From Eledone cirrhosa (taxonomy: Eukaryota), in contig OZ024741.1 in the NCBI GenBank assembly GCA_964016885.1, forward strand, positions 387,562,001 through 387,626,000: a DNA stretch of 64,000 bases. Direction: 5' to 3'. A program made the translations under genes and the position numbers. Position 1 is the first letter of the stretch. The number at the start of each line of letters is the position of its first letter. Under the pieces are notes generated by a model. The model did not search any database, was not told the origin of the DNA, and saw only the letters and a list, made by a program, of their open reading frames with translations. Positions 14,519-26,072 of the stretch are shown here, piece by piece.

Positions 14519-14624
14519 TTATCAGGGTTTTTATTTGTTAAAAGTTAATTCCTTTTCTTCTTCTAAAAAGAAAAAAGCCCATAAATTTTATTGATTACGA
14601 AACCAATTAAATATTTCTTCACAG

Positions 14625-14787
14625 CATATCTGAAGATGAAATGGAGGAATGTGAGTTGTCTGATTCAGATGGAGAGTTACAAATAGTGACAGAATGTTGG
14701 GTGGAACCTCAACATGGCCTTAGTGTTAACAACCCCCTGGAGAGGAAACATTTGAATGGATTGACATACCAAGAAATTGCATCTTCA
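14625..14787 (+). CDS. SZT2: Internal coding exon of SZT2 (KICSTOR complex subunit)
   Basis: Acceptor tttcttcacag at 14614-14624 and donor gtaagt at 14788. The 163-bp open exon encodes ISEDEMEECELSDSDGELQIVTECWVEPQHGLSVNNPLERKHLNGLTYQEIASS, matching from memory vertebrate SZT2 GDSELNLVTEVWVEPQYG...KHLQDLTYSEIP. Confidence 0.85.
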
Positions 14788-15559
14788 GTAAGTACTAACT
14801 TTTGTAATTCTATTTTGTTCATTTGTTACAGAGAAACCCCTGTTAACTCTTACATCTAATGATTTAACAGAAAACATCAAAATGTGAGTCTGTTAATTCA
14901 AGTGTTTTAATACAGGATGTTAAGAGTTAATTTGGGAGAGAAAATTAGGAAGAAGCAAATATTTTTTTCAAAATGATAGGTTTTCTTCTGTATTTTATGT
15001 ATTTCAATTTGTTTATTTTCGCTTTTTATTTTAATTCCTCCACTAAATCTTCAAAGATAAAAAATTGATTATTCATTACAGAGAAAGAATTCTTTATATA
15101 TATATGTCTTATAGTGTAAATCTATATATTTTTCATTGTTGTGTGTATCCAGTTTAAAATAAGTACACCATATCCTTGCATGTTATTAGAGGTGATGAAA
15201 AGGGTTAGCACCAAGAAGGGCATCCGAATGTAAAACATTACTTAAAAATTATGAGCAAGGAGCCTTTCATGGGGCCTACTTTTGCATAGAAAACAGCCTT
15301 AAAACAATTGCTGAATATTCTTTTCATTCACTTCTTTGGAAGTAGAAAGTTGACATAAATTGTGTTAGTTGTTTATTATTATTATCGTTCTGTCATGCAG
15401 TGCAGATGGATAATTGTTATAATGGGTTGTTACACCTGTTAGTATATCTGTACAAATGTAGGTAAAACCAAAGTATTCACCAGATGTAATTGCAAACTAC
15501 CAACGAGATCACTACAATGAGACTCCGTATACACTGTCTGCTCACAGTTCACTTCAGTT

Positions 15560-16620
15560 ATTATTTATAGACATTTCGCCTAGTCCACTTTTAGTTACGC
15601 AGGGGTGTTCAGGAGGGTTTTTCCCTACAACAATAATGCAGGTATTTAGTCATCTGTCAAGTCACAACAAGGACCTCAGATAGATAATACTTTCCTCAAA
15701 ATGTGCTTAGTACCTAACAAAGCTGCCTTTTGTATGACACCTAACCTTTAAGAAGTTTTGAAGTTTCAGTGGGATTGACCATAATGCCCTGATTACAACT
15801 GGTATCACTTTCACATTACCCTCTTGTATTCCAAATAGTCTTGCCAGTTCCACTTTCAGTTCAGAGTATTTGGTGATTTCTTTAAATCTCCGTGTTTGCA
15901 ATATTTGTGTCATTTGGTATGATCCCATCAATGATCTGACAGTCTTGTTCAACACGACAATGTCCTGTCATGCTTATTCTATCAGTTTGAAAGTCATAAT
16001 CCCACAATATCGCTGCTTTCCCATCCTTCTGCATTACTTTACAAGGCACATGTTCATACCAATTCTGTATGACTTCATATTGGTATTTACGATACAGAAG
16101 CCAATGAAGGTTTATCATATCCACTTACCAGGTGGGCCACATTTACCACAGTTTTTCCACAGAGCCTCTATTTATGGGTGTCAGAAGTTTTGTAGTTGTT
16201 ATATTTTACCAAATTGGTCACAAGAGCTTGGTCTTGTGCTGCAACTATAAGGCCTTCAGTGGCACATTTCAAATCACCTTGCTTAAGCCATATCCATGAT
16301 GTTTTATCTTTAATATCCTGTGTATTTCTCTCAAACTAACCATTTTTATTGTATTTATACCCATATCTTCTGCTGCACTCTTTATCAAATATTCCACAAG
16401 TGATCTTTCATTCCTTATACAATGGTCCTCACTAATGTGGCCTCTGCCACCGTTCTTTCTCTTCATGTATTTGCTTTGGAGTATAAATCTCTGTACAATA
16501 TCACTAATTTTCTTGTCTTTCTAATTTTGATATTTCTTCTTCAATCCAACTGACAATGGATGCACTATATCTAACCACTGTAACTCTCCAGATACTTATT
16601 GCAGTGATTTCTCGCATTCA
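15560..16620 (-). mobile_element. Decayed R4/Dong-like non-LTR retrotransposon, C-terminal restriction-like endonuclease region
   Basis: Frameshifted ORF pieces KRKNGGRG, WYEHVP..V...ILWDYDFQTDR, IIDGIIPND, ITKYSELKVELARL...VKVIPVVIRALW are typical of the RLE domain of R4-clade elements. Confidence 0.75.
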
Positions 16621-16659
16621 AGTTGGATTTTAAAATCATTTTATTGTTATTATTATCAT

Positions 16660-17535
16660 TAGTTGAAGCTGTTGCAAGGCATCCCACTCAAACCGGGTGT
16701 GGGAGGGCTGTGTCGGCATATGTGGATGACATCTCCATGATGATGTTGAACAACTTGGAAATCGAGTTTGTCGGCACCTTCCTAGAGGAATATGAAAGGT
16801 TGATGGGAGCAAAACTGAACCCTGAAAAGTTGGTGGTTTGCAGTTTGACACTTGGAGAGGCAAATCCATGCCATTCAACAGCGTCGTCGGATGCTGGACT
16901 GATGGACTGGTGAAGTTGCTCCGGATCACATTCAGACCAAACCTCCAGGTGGATAAGAACTGGGATGAGGTAATGAGAATGGTGGCCATTCTCACTCAGA
17001 AATCGGGCGACAGGAAGCTATCCTGAAAGGTCAGGTGGAGGTGCGAACGCATACAACATGTCTGTCATCTACTACCACTTGACAGTTTTACCTTGCCTCC
17101 AAATTGGAACATCTGCTGTTCCGCTTTTTGTGAAAGGGACAGGTTCCATTGGTGAGGCAGTCCATCTGCTGCCAGCACCCTCTAAGTGGAGGGCTGGGCA
17201 TGCTGTGGCTGATGATCTGCAAGCATGCGCTGAGGCTACAGAATCTTCAGATATTCTTAAACGGGGAACAGGTGTGGTCATCGTTTGAGAAACTGGCCTT
17301 TCTGCAGCTCATCTCTTTGACTGAGTTGCAGTCATGGGTCAAGAGGAGACCGAGACTTGGTATCTGGCATCTAGAATATGGCCAGGGCTCACTGCCTTTT
17401 GCCAGGTGGGCAATGAGGTCAGTGGAAATTCCACTTTGAAGTTCTATAGATGATTAGTGGTGGGCAAGTGCAACGGGGCTGTTGGAGAGGAACTGGGTGT
17501 TGACGAAATTGAACTGACCAATCTGTGACCAATCT
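16660..17535 (+). mobile_element. Decayed L1/Tx1-clade LINE, RT and post-RT region
   Basis: SAYVDDI (RT YxDD motif), EYERLMGAKLNPEK, SVIYYHLTVLPC and CQHPLSGGLGM across several frames. Confidence 0.75.
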
Positions 17536-17537
17536 GT

Positions 17538-17707
17538 TATATATATATATATATATGCATATATATATATATATATATATATACATAATTTGGAGAATCC
17601 GTTGAGATAAGTTTAAGTTTATTATTATTATTATTCGTATCTCCAAATTTTTCAGTTCGCATGAGATTTGTACATATTTATATATATATCTGTGACATAT
17701 ATAGATG

Positions 17708-17769
<62 letters not shown>

Positions 17770-17786
17770 ACATATATATATGTATG

Positions 17787-17822
<36 letters not shown>

Positions 17823-17836
17823 ACATATATATATGT

Positions 17837-17877
<41 letters not shown>

Positions 17878-18022
17878 ACATATATAGATGTATGTATATA
17901 TATATATATGTGTGTGTGTGTGTGACATATATAGATGTATGTATGTATATATATATATTTAAATATATATATATGTATGTGACATATATAGATGTATGTA
18001 TATATATATATATATATAGATG

Positions 18023-18058
<36 letters not shown>
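17538..18058. repeat. Compound (TA)n/(TG)n microsatellite with a repeated GTGACATATATA(G)ATGTATG unit
   Basis: Direct reading. Confidence 0.95.
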
Positions 18059-18061
<3 letters not shown>

Positions 18062-18390
18062 TCATCACAGTTTTACGTCCGTTCTTCCATGCTAGCATGG
18101 GTTAGACGGGTTGTCCTGTTGTGGGCAGTGTCTGGTCGGCTGACCATGCCTTACTCATACAGGAACTGATTTTGGCTTGATTTCTACAGCTGGATGCCCT
18201 TCCTAACACCAACCTCATTTACAGTGAGTGCTGGGTGCTTTTTTTCCGTGGTGCCTACATGTCCACTTTACAGTGTGGGCTGGGTGCTTTTTTGCTGTGG
18301 CACCTCCACGACCACTTTACAGTGGGAGAGTGGGGGCATATTGTCTATATGCTTCAGTATGCCCCCACACCCTCCCACTGCTAAGTGGTC
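18059..18390 (-). mobile_element. 5'-truncated RTE LINE 3' UTR (type I tail) with (GAT)n end
   Basis: Reverse complement matches the 3' UTR after the RTE ORF at 24480-24789. Confidence 0.8.
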
Positions 18391-18418
18391 GTATATATGT
18401 GTGTGACATATATAGATG

Positions 18419-18468
<50 letters not shown>

Positions 18469-18647
18469 GATAAATCTACCAAAATAGTTTGTATAATTTT
18501 GTACATAGATCTTTTGAATATGCATGCCAATTCTAACACATATATGTCCTAGAAACGATCGTTAAATAATGAACTTTTTTTGTTTAATATAAGGAACTGT
18601 TTCATTGTTTTATTCATTACTTTTTTTTATATTTTATATATATATAT

Positions 18648-19000
18648 ATATTGTTATGCTTTGGGAGGGTCATGTTGCCAATAAGAAACACATGCACCAG
18701 TTGCTTTCACTTCAATTTATTATCAATTTAAGAATTTATAAATTTCCGGTTGGTTGGTTGGTTCCACAACCAGATGATTGTTCATATATTGTCAAAGAAC
18801 TTTGACAATATATCAACAATCGTCTGGTTGTGGAACCAACCAACCAACCGGAAATTTATAAATTTAATTTATAATAAATTGAAGTGAAACAACTGGTGCA
18901 TGTGTTTCTTATTGGCAACATGACCCTCCCAAAGCATAACAATATCGGTTTCAACACACGTTTTCAGATAAAGAATCTTGCTAAACAAATTCAGAAATGA
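18648..19000. repeat. Near-perfect ~145-bp-arm foldback element in a TA tract
   Basis: 18648-18796 is the reverse complement of 18801-18945 apart from a few mismatches/indels; centre GTCAAAGAACTTTGAC. Confidence 0.9.
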
Positions 19001-19035
19001 AATATATATATATATTTATTAAAATAACAGATTAA

Positions 19036-19086
19036 AGTTTAAGCAAAGAATCGCTGCTTTCACCCTTAACGGGATCTTCTGAAACT
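19036..19086 (-). ncRNA. Type I hammerhead ribozyme-like motif with variant core CAGAAGA
   Basis: Minus strand AGTTT-CAGAAGA-TCCC GTTAA GGGT-GAA-AGCAG CGATTCT TTGCT-T-AAACT. Stems I, II and III all pair; cleavage triplet CUU. Confidence 0.6.
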
Positions 19087-19198
19087 AAAAAAGTCAATCT
19101 GTGAATGCAGAAGTAAATATTTCAAAAAACGTTGCAACCGGAGGAAGACAGGAAGACGATACTTTGGTTCGTATTTCAAAAAATGTTGCAACTGGAGG

Positions 19199-19290
<92 letters not shown>

Positions 19291-19424
19291 ATGTATATAT
19301 GATGTGAATGTTAATATTTAAATTTGTGTGTATAGCCATATTTCCTTCACATTTCCCACCCACCTGCCCAACGTCCACCATGTACGATAACCGCCCCCTT
19401 GTGAATATATTATTGAGCAGACAA

Positions 19425-20540
19425 GGGGTGGATAGGGCCCCTGAGTCCAGTAAGACTAATCTCTCTGGTGCTGGTGGCACGAATAAAAGCACCCAGTCCA
19501 TGCTGTAAAGTGATGCTGGTGTTAGGAAGGACATCCAACCAGTATATATACTACTGCCAAACACTATGAAAACAACGAATGAAGTTTGCAACAACTGCGT
19601 AAACAGCAATAGCACTAACCATGTTAGGGCTGCGCATGGTAGTGGGGTGGCTAGTGAACCCCCCGACCGTCATCAAGCAATCACACAAAAACAACTGCGT
19701 AAACAGCAATAACACTAACAATGTTAGGGCAGCACACGGTAGTGGGGTTGCTAGTGAGGCCATGTGTGAGAACCCCCCGACTGTCATCAACCAATCGCAC
19801 AACAGGAAAAAGAATGAGACGTCGCATCTCAGAGTTGCCACAATTAATGTTGGCACTCTAACAGGTAGATCTGGTGAGATAGCAAAGATGCTGGAGAGAA
19901 GACATGTGGATGTGTGCTGTGTGCAAGAGGTGAGATAGAGAGGTGCCTCTGCAAGACTAATCGCAGGCAAACATCGTAGTTATAAGCTTTTCTGGGTGGG
20001 TAATGATGATGGGTTAGGTGGGGTGGGCATATTACTGGCTGAGAGTTGGATCAATAAAACAATAGAGGTAGTTCGAGTTAATAATCGAATAATTAAGCTT
20101 AGATTAGTTGTAGGCAAGAAACTACTGACAATCATCTCTGCCTATGCTCCCCAGGCAGGCCTAGGTAAAGAAGAGAAAGACTGCTTTTACGAGCAACTTT
20201 TACAAACAGCCTCAATGACAGAGGACAGAGACATCGTTATGCTAGCAGGGGACTTCAATGGACATGTTGGACAGCTCCAGGATGGATAAACTGAGGTACA
20301 TGGTGTGCACGGTTATGGCTCAAGAAATGAAGGAGTGAGGCTTCTTGAATTTTGTGATGTAAATGCACTAACCATTTGCAACACTAACTTCAAGAAGCCT
20401 ACCAACCACCTAATAACCTACAAATCAGACGAACACATAAGCCAGATTGACTTACTGCTAGTTAGACAGCGAGACAGACAGATGGTGTCAAATACTAAGG
20501 CATACCCTGGGGAAGAATGTACCCTACAGCATAGGTTAGT
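19425..20540 (+). mobile_element. RTE LINE 5' UTR plus AP-endonuclease domain (pseudogenised)
   Basis: LRVATINVGTL, VCCVQEVR, GVGILL, ISAYAPQ, LAGDFNGHVG, QIDLLLV and QHRLV APE motifs, with in-frame stops and a frameshift. Confidence 0.9.
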
Positions 20541-20576
20541 ATATATACATATATACATTTATATACATGAATAATG

Positions 20577-20610
<34 letters not shown>

Positions 20611-20611
<1 letters not shown>

Positions 20612-21050
20612 TGGACCGAGACCTTTGGCGGTACTCAGTAATAGAGAAGACCCGCCTTACTTAAATACATAGTAAAACCTACTACAGTCAGTAGGCATCT
20701 CTAACAAAATACACCCCCGTCCCACCACCCCCACCCCATCCACACCGCCCCCTTCTATGTAAAGTTATGTTGGTGCCACACCATCCAGGCCGAAACAAAT
20801 GAGATCGTGTAGATGTCGCGACAAAAAAACACACAGTCCACGCTGTAATGTGGCCGTGTAGGCAACACTGTAAAAACCTCCCAGACCCACACTGTAAATG
20901 TAGTTGGTGTTAGGAAGGGCATCCAACTGTAAAAAACCTGCCAGACAGTCCTATGCGAGCAAGACAATCACTCTTGCCTCAAGTGGGAAAACCCCCGTCC
21001 AAACCCATGCAAGCGTGGAACACGGACGTTAAACGTTGATGATGATGATG
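20611..21050 (+). mobile_element. RTE LINE 3' end (type II UTR) with (GAT)n tail
   Basis: Near-identical to the reverse complement of 24805-25235; encodes DRDLWRYSV then the UTR. Confidence 0.8.
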
Positions 21051-21154
21051 ATATATATATATACATATATATATATAAATATAACCCATGCTAGCGTGGA
21101 AGAACGGACGTAGAACGGTGATGATGATGATATATATATATATATAAATATCTA

Positions 21155-21317
21155 TATTAGAAATATAAGCTATCTCCGTATTTTGACTAAAGGAATTACT
21201 TAGCCTGATAGTGGGGTTAAGAACCCTCGGAGAAATGGAAAAAGATGAGTATTGACGTACGTAAGTAATTTCTTTAGTCAAAATACGGAGATAGCTTATA
21301 TTTCTAATATATATATT

Positions 21318-21350
<33 letters not shown>

Positions 21351-21510
21351 CATCATCATCATCACCGTACGTCAATACTCATCTTTTTCCATTTCCCCAA
21401 GGGTTCTTAACCCCACTATCGGGCTAAGTAATTTCTTTAGTCAAAATACAGCGATAGCTTATATTTCTAATTTCAAACTCGCTCTCTGTTTCAAAAATAT
21501 TCTTACTTGA
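21155..21510. mobile_element. Small element with inverted partial duplications, TA-embedded (Penelope-like arrangement)
   Basis: ~47-bp inverted arms at 21156-21202 and 21262-21308; 21366-21471 is an inverted copy of 21156-21261. Confidence 0.6.
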
Positions 21511-21575
21511 TATATATATATATATATATATATACGGACACATATATATATATATATATATATACATACATATAT

Positions 21576-21908
21576 CATCATTTCATTTCACGTCCGCTTT
21601 TTCTTGCTTGCAAGGGTGAGACGGGAACTGATTCTGGCTTGATTTCTACAGCTGGATGCCCTTCCTAACACCAACCTCATTTACAGTGAGTGCTGGGTGC
21701 TTTTTTGCCATGGCACCTCCACGACCACGTGCAGTGGAATGATAGGGACCCTAGTTCCTATCATCTCATTTCTACAGCTCAGTAAACTGGAGCAACGTGA
21801 AATAAAGTGTCTTGCTGAAGGAAACAACACATCACCCAGTCTGAGAATTGAACTCACCACCTTTCGATTGCAAGGCCAATGTTCTAACCACTAAGCCATG
21901 TGCCTCCA
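21576..21908 (-). mobile_element. tRNA-derived SINE with CORE-like centre and RTE-derived 3' tail
   Basis: Minus strand A-box TGGCTTAGTGG, B-box GAGTTCAATTC and CCTTCAGCAAGACACTT; the tail matches the RTE ends at 27365-27414 and 50277-50330. Confidence 0.85.
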
Positions 21909-21914
21909 TATATG

Positions 21915-24789
21915 GACACATTTAACGAACACGTAGGTAAACATCGTGACAGCTTCTATAGAGTCCATGGAGGCCACAGGGTTGGCACAAGTAATTAAGA
22001 AGGCGTCAGGCTTCTAGAATTCTGCGACGCCAATGATATATCGATATGTAACACAAACTTCAAAAAACCCAACAACCACCTGATCACCTATAGATCAGGG
22101 GAGTATTCTAGTCAGATAGATTTTATCCTCATCAGAGGACATGACAGATGGACGGTCGTAAACACAAAAGCCTTCCTTAGTGAGGAATGTACCTCCCAAC
22201 ATAACTTAGTTGTCAGCGACCTCACGGTCAGAACTAGACGAACCTGGAAACAGAAGCCAACCTGGAGAAGAAAGATCTTTAAGCTGAAAGAGCCCTCAGC
22301 CAATAACAGATTTAAAGACATCTTACTCGATGCCTATAACAGTAAAGAAGTACAGATAAAGACATTCAATGTAGAAGAGCACTGGGAGTTCCTAAAAAAT
22401 AACTTACTAGAGGCGACGGATGAGATCTGTGGCTTCTGTGGCTGGAGTAAGACCACAGGCAGGAGGAGAGTGACTTGGTGGTGGAACAATAAGGTAGATG
22501 TGGCAGTTAAGGCCAAGAGACAGGCATGGAAAGAATGGAAGTACGGGGGAAGCAGGCTACATTACATAGAGACCAGGAGGGAAGCTAGGCGACAAGTATG
22601 AGGGAAGTGGAGGATGGAAGATTCAAGCATGTTTTGCAACGTGAGGACCAGAAACAGGAGGTGTTCAAGATTGTGAGGCTGTGTGTCAGAGATAGTTGTG
22701 ATGTCACTGGAGAGAAGTGTATCCGGAATGATAAAGGTGATCCTCACAAGTACTGAGAAGAAAGATGCGTGGAAGAGCCATTATGAAAGGTTACTAAATG
22801 AGGAGAATGCATGGGAAGAAGAAACCCTACTCCAAGTAGACCCTTTAGAGGGGCCAGCAGTACAAGTCAGCAGCAGCGTAGTAAGTAAGGCAATCAAAGA
22901 TATGAAGACGGGGAAGGCAACCGGTCCATCGGGTATAGCTGCCGAGATGCTGAAGGCATCTAGGTTGGTAGGTCACACTATAACCACACATATTGTTAAC
23001 CAGGTAATACTAGAGGGTGTCATACCAAAAGATTGGTGCAGCAGCATCATTGTCAACTGCTGCAAGGGTAAAAGTGATGCACTAGATAGAGGAAACTATA
23101 GAAGTATAAAGCTGATGGACCAGGTCATTTAATTAATAGAAAGAGTTATAGTACAGACCGGGTGAAACTAGATGAGATGCAATTTGGGTTTGTGCCAAGA
23201 AGAGGTACCACTGATGCCCTCTTCCCTGTGAGGCAGTTACAGGAAAAGTAAGCCGCTTTACCAGGCATTCGTCGATCTCGAGAAAGCCTTTGACAGAGTT
23301 CCCCGTGCTATAATCTGGTTTGCTCTTAGAGAACTAGGAGTAGATGAATGACTTGTGAAAGCTGTTCACGCTGTACAAGAGGAGCAGTCAGCAAAGTTAG
23401 GATTAACAATGACTATAGTGAGGAATTTAGCCTACAGGTGTCCACCAGGGCTCTGTTCTTAGCCCCCTCCTGTTCATCATAGTCCTGCAGGCAATAACGG
23501 AGGAGTTTAAGACCGGATGCCCATGGGAACTCCTGTATGCAGATGACCTCGCACTTATAGCTGAATCTATGGTAGAACTAGAGAAGAAATTCCAAACATG
23601 GAAGCAGGGACTAGAAAGAAAGGGTCTTAAAGTCAACCTGACAAAGACTAAGGTCCTTGTAAGTAGACGAGAAAACAGAACCAAGATCCCCTCAGGGAAA
23701 TGGCCTTGCTCAGTATGTAGGAAAGGTGTAGGTAGGAACTCCATTCTCTGCCCCAATGGGTACACAAGAGATGTAGTGGGATTTCATGAAGCTTAATTAA
23801 GAATGTAGGCTTCACATGTAGCAGCTGTGCTGGGACAACAAGCAGCAAACAGCCACAGAAACAAGTACCACCAAACTCTGGGAGGGCTCTGTAAAAACAG
23901 TAGACAGCTACCTAGGTGACCGAATTAGCAGCGGAGGTGGGTGTTCGGAAAGTACAATAACTAAGGTAAGAACAGGATGGAAGAAGTTCAGGGAGCTACT
24001 GCCACTGCTAGCTGCAAAAGGCTTTTCCCTCAAAATGAAAAGCAGACTGTATGATGCGTGTATATGAACAGTAATGTTACATTGTAGTGAGATCTGGGCA
24101 CTGTCTGTGGAAGACTTGCGTAGAATAGAAAGAAACGAAGCCTGCATGCTCCTATGGATATGTGTAACAGTAATATACGCGAACGGCAAAGCATAAACAA
24201 ATTGAGAGAGAGAGACTGAGCATAAGAGGAATCAAATGCTGTGTGCAGGAGAAGCGGTTGCATTGGTAAGGACATGTAATGTGTATGAAGGATGACAGCT
24301 GCATAAAAAGGTGCAAAGCACTAGAAGTCGATGTAAACCGCGGAGTGGAGAGACCCAAGAAGACCTGGGATGAGGTGATAAAGGCCGACCGTACCCAATT
24401 GCACCTCTCAAAGGTGATGACACTCGACCGTGTCCTCTAGCGTCATGCAGTAATACAGAACCCCCCCCCCCCCCCCATGCATACAAGCTGAAGCATATAG
24501 ACGATATGCCCCCCCACCTCACTGCAAAGTGGTCGTGGAGGTGCCACGGCAAAAAAGCACCCAGCCCACACTGTAAAGTAGACATGTAGGCGCCAAGGAT
24601 AAAAAGCACCCAGGACTCACTGTAAATGAGGTTGATGTTAGGAAGGACATCCAACTATAGAAATCAAGCCAGAATCAGTTCTTGTATGGGCAAGACAATG
24701 TCAGCTGACTGGACACTGCCCACAACAGGAAAACCCGTCTAACCCATCCTACTGTGGAAGAACGGACGTAAAACGGTGATGATGATGAT
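21915..24789 (+). mobile_element. RTE LINE, 5'-truncated in the endonuclease, with RT, C-terminus, 3' UTR and (GAT)n tail; pseudogenised
   Basis: [58 protein letters not shown] and CSVC/C-x2-C motifs, with many stops and frameshifts. Confidence 0.92.
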
Positions 24790-24803
24790 ATATATACATA
24801 TAT

Positions 24804-24804
<1 letters not shown>

Positions 24805-24834
<30 letters not shown>

Positions 24835-25433
24835 ACGTTTAACGTCCGTGTTCCACGCTTGCATGGGTTTGGACGGGGGTAGTCCCACTTGAGGCAAGAG
24901 TGATTGTCTTGCTCGCATAGGACTGTCTGGCAGGTTTTCTACAGTTGGATGCCCTTCCTAACACCAACCACATTTACAGTGTGGGTCTGGGAGGTTTTTA
25001 CCGTGTTGCCTACACGGCCACATTACAGCGCGGACTGTGTGTTTTTTTGTCGTGACACCTACATGATCTCATTTGTTTCGGCCTGGATGGCGCGGCACCA
25101 ACATAACTTTACATAGAACGGGGTGGTGTGGATGGGGTGGGGGTGGTGGCGGGACGGGGTGTATTTTGTTAGAGATGCCTACTGGCAAGGCGGGTCTTCT
25201 CTGTTACTGAGTACCGCCAAAGGTCTCGGTCCAGTGACATTGTCTTGGAGAGGTGTAAGTGTGTGAGGTCGGAGTTTATCAGCTCATCCCAGGTTTTTCT
25301 AGATCTGCCTATTCCGTGGCTACCGTCTATCTTTATTGCCCTGCACTTTGTTATACAGCTATCGACTTTCATGCACATCACGTGTCCATACCAACGTAGC
25401 CTTCTCTCAAGTAAACAACATCTGATCCCTCTT
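24805..25433 (-). mobile_element. RTE LINE 3' fragment (type II UTR)
   Basis: RLRWYGHV...GRSRKTWDELINSDL C-terminus plus UTR and (GAT)n tail. Confidence 0.85.
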
Positions 25434-25458
25434 ATCTATATATATATATATATATATA

Positions 25459-26072
25459 TCATCATCATCATCGTTTAATGTCCATCTTCCACGCTTGCAT
25501 GAGTTTGGACGGGAATTTTCCCACTTGAGGCAAGATTGGTTGTCTTGCTCGTATAGGACTGTATGGTGGGTTTTCTATGACTGGATGCCCTTCCTAACAC
25601 CAACCACGTTTACAGTGTGAACTGAGAGGTTTTTACCGTGTTACCTACACGGCCACATTACAGCGTGGACTGTGTTTTTTTTGTCGTGACACCTACACGA
25701 CCTCATTTATTTCGGACTGGATATTGTGGTACCAACATAGCTTTACATCGAAAGGGGTGGTTGGGACGGGGGTGTATTTTGTTAAGAGGTGCCTACTGAC
25801 TGTAGGTTTCGCTTTGTACTTAGGCAAGGCGGGTCTTCTGTATTACTGTGTAGCGCCAAAGATCTCGGTCCAGTGACATTGTCTTAGAGAGGTGTAAGTG
25901 TGTGAGGTCGGAATTTATCAAGTCGTCCCAGATTTTTCTGGGTCTGCCTACTCCGTAGCTACCATCTAGTTTTATCGCCCTGCACTTTTTTATACAGCTG
26001 TCATCTTTCATGCCAATCACGTGACCCTACCAACGTAGTCTTCTCTCGAGTAAACAACATCTGATCCCTCTT
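25459..26072 (-). mobile_element. RTE LINE 3' fragment (type II UTR), second adjacent copy
   Basis: GRPRKIWDDLINSDL C-terminus; truncated at almost the same point as the neighbouring copy. Confidence 0.85.

Noticed and set aside
14641-14859. 72-aa single-exon gene
   Set aside because: Better explained as an internal SZT2 exon read through its donor site into the intron.
21830-21908. tRNA gene
   Set aside because: A- and B-boxes are present, but it lacks an acceptor stem and continues into SINE body and LINE tail in several copies.
19425-24789. One full-length RTE interrupted by insertions
   Set aside because: The endonuclease C-terminal region is present in both 20250-20540 and 21915-22215 as diverged versions, so there are two separate elements.
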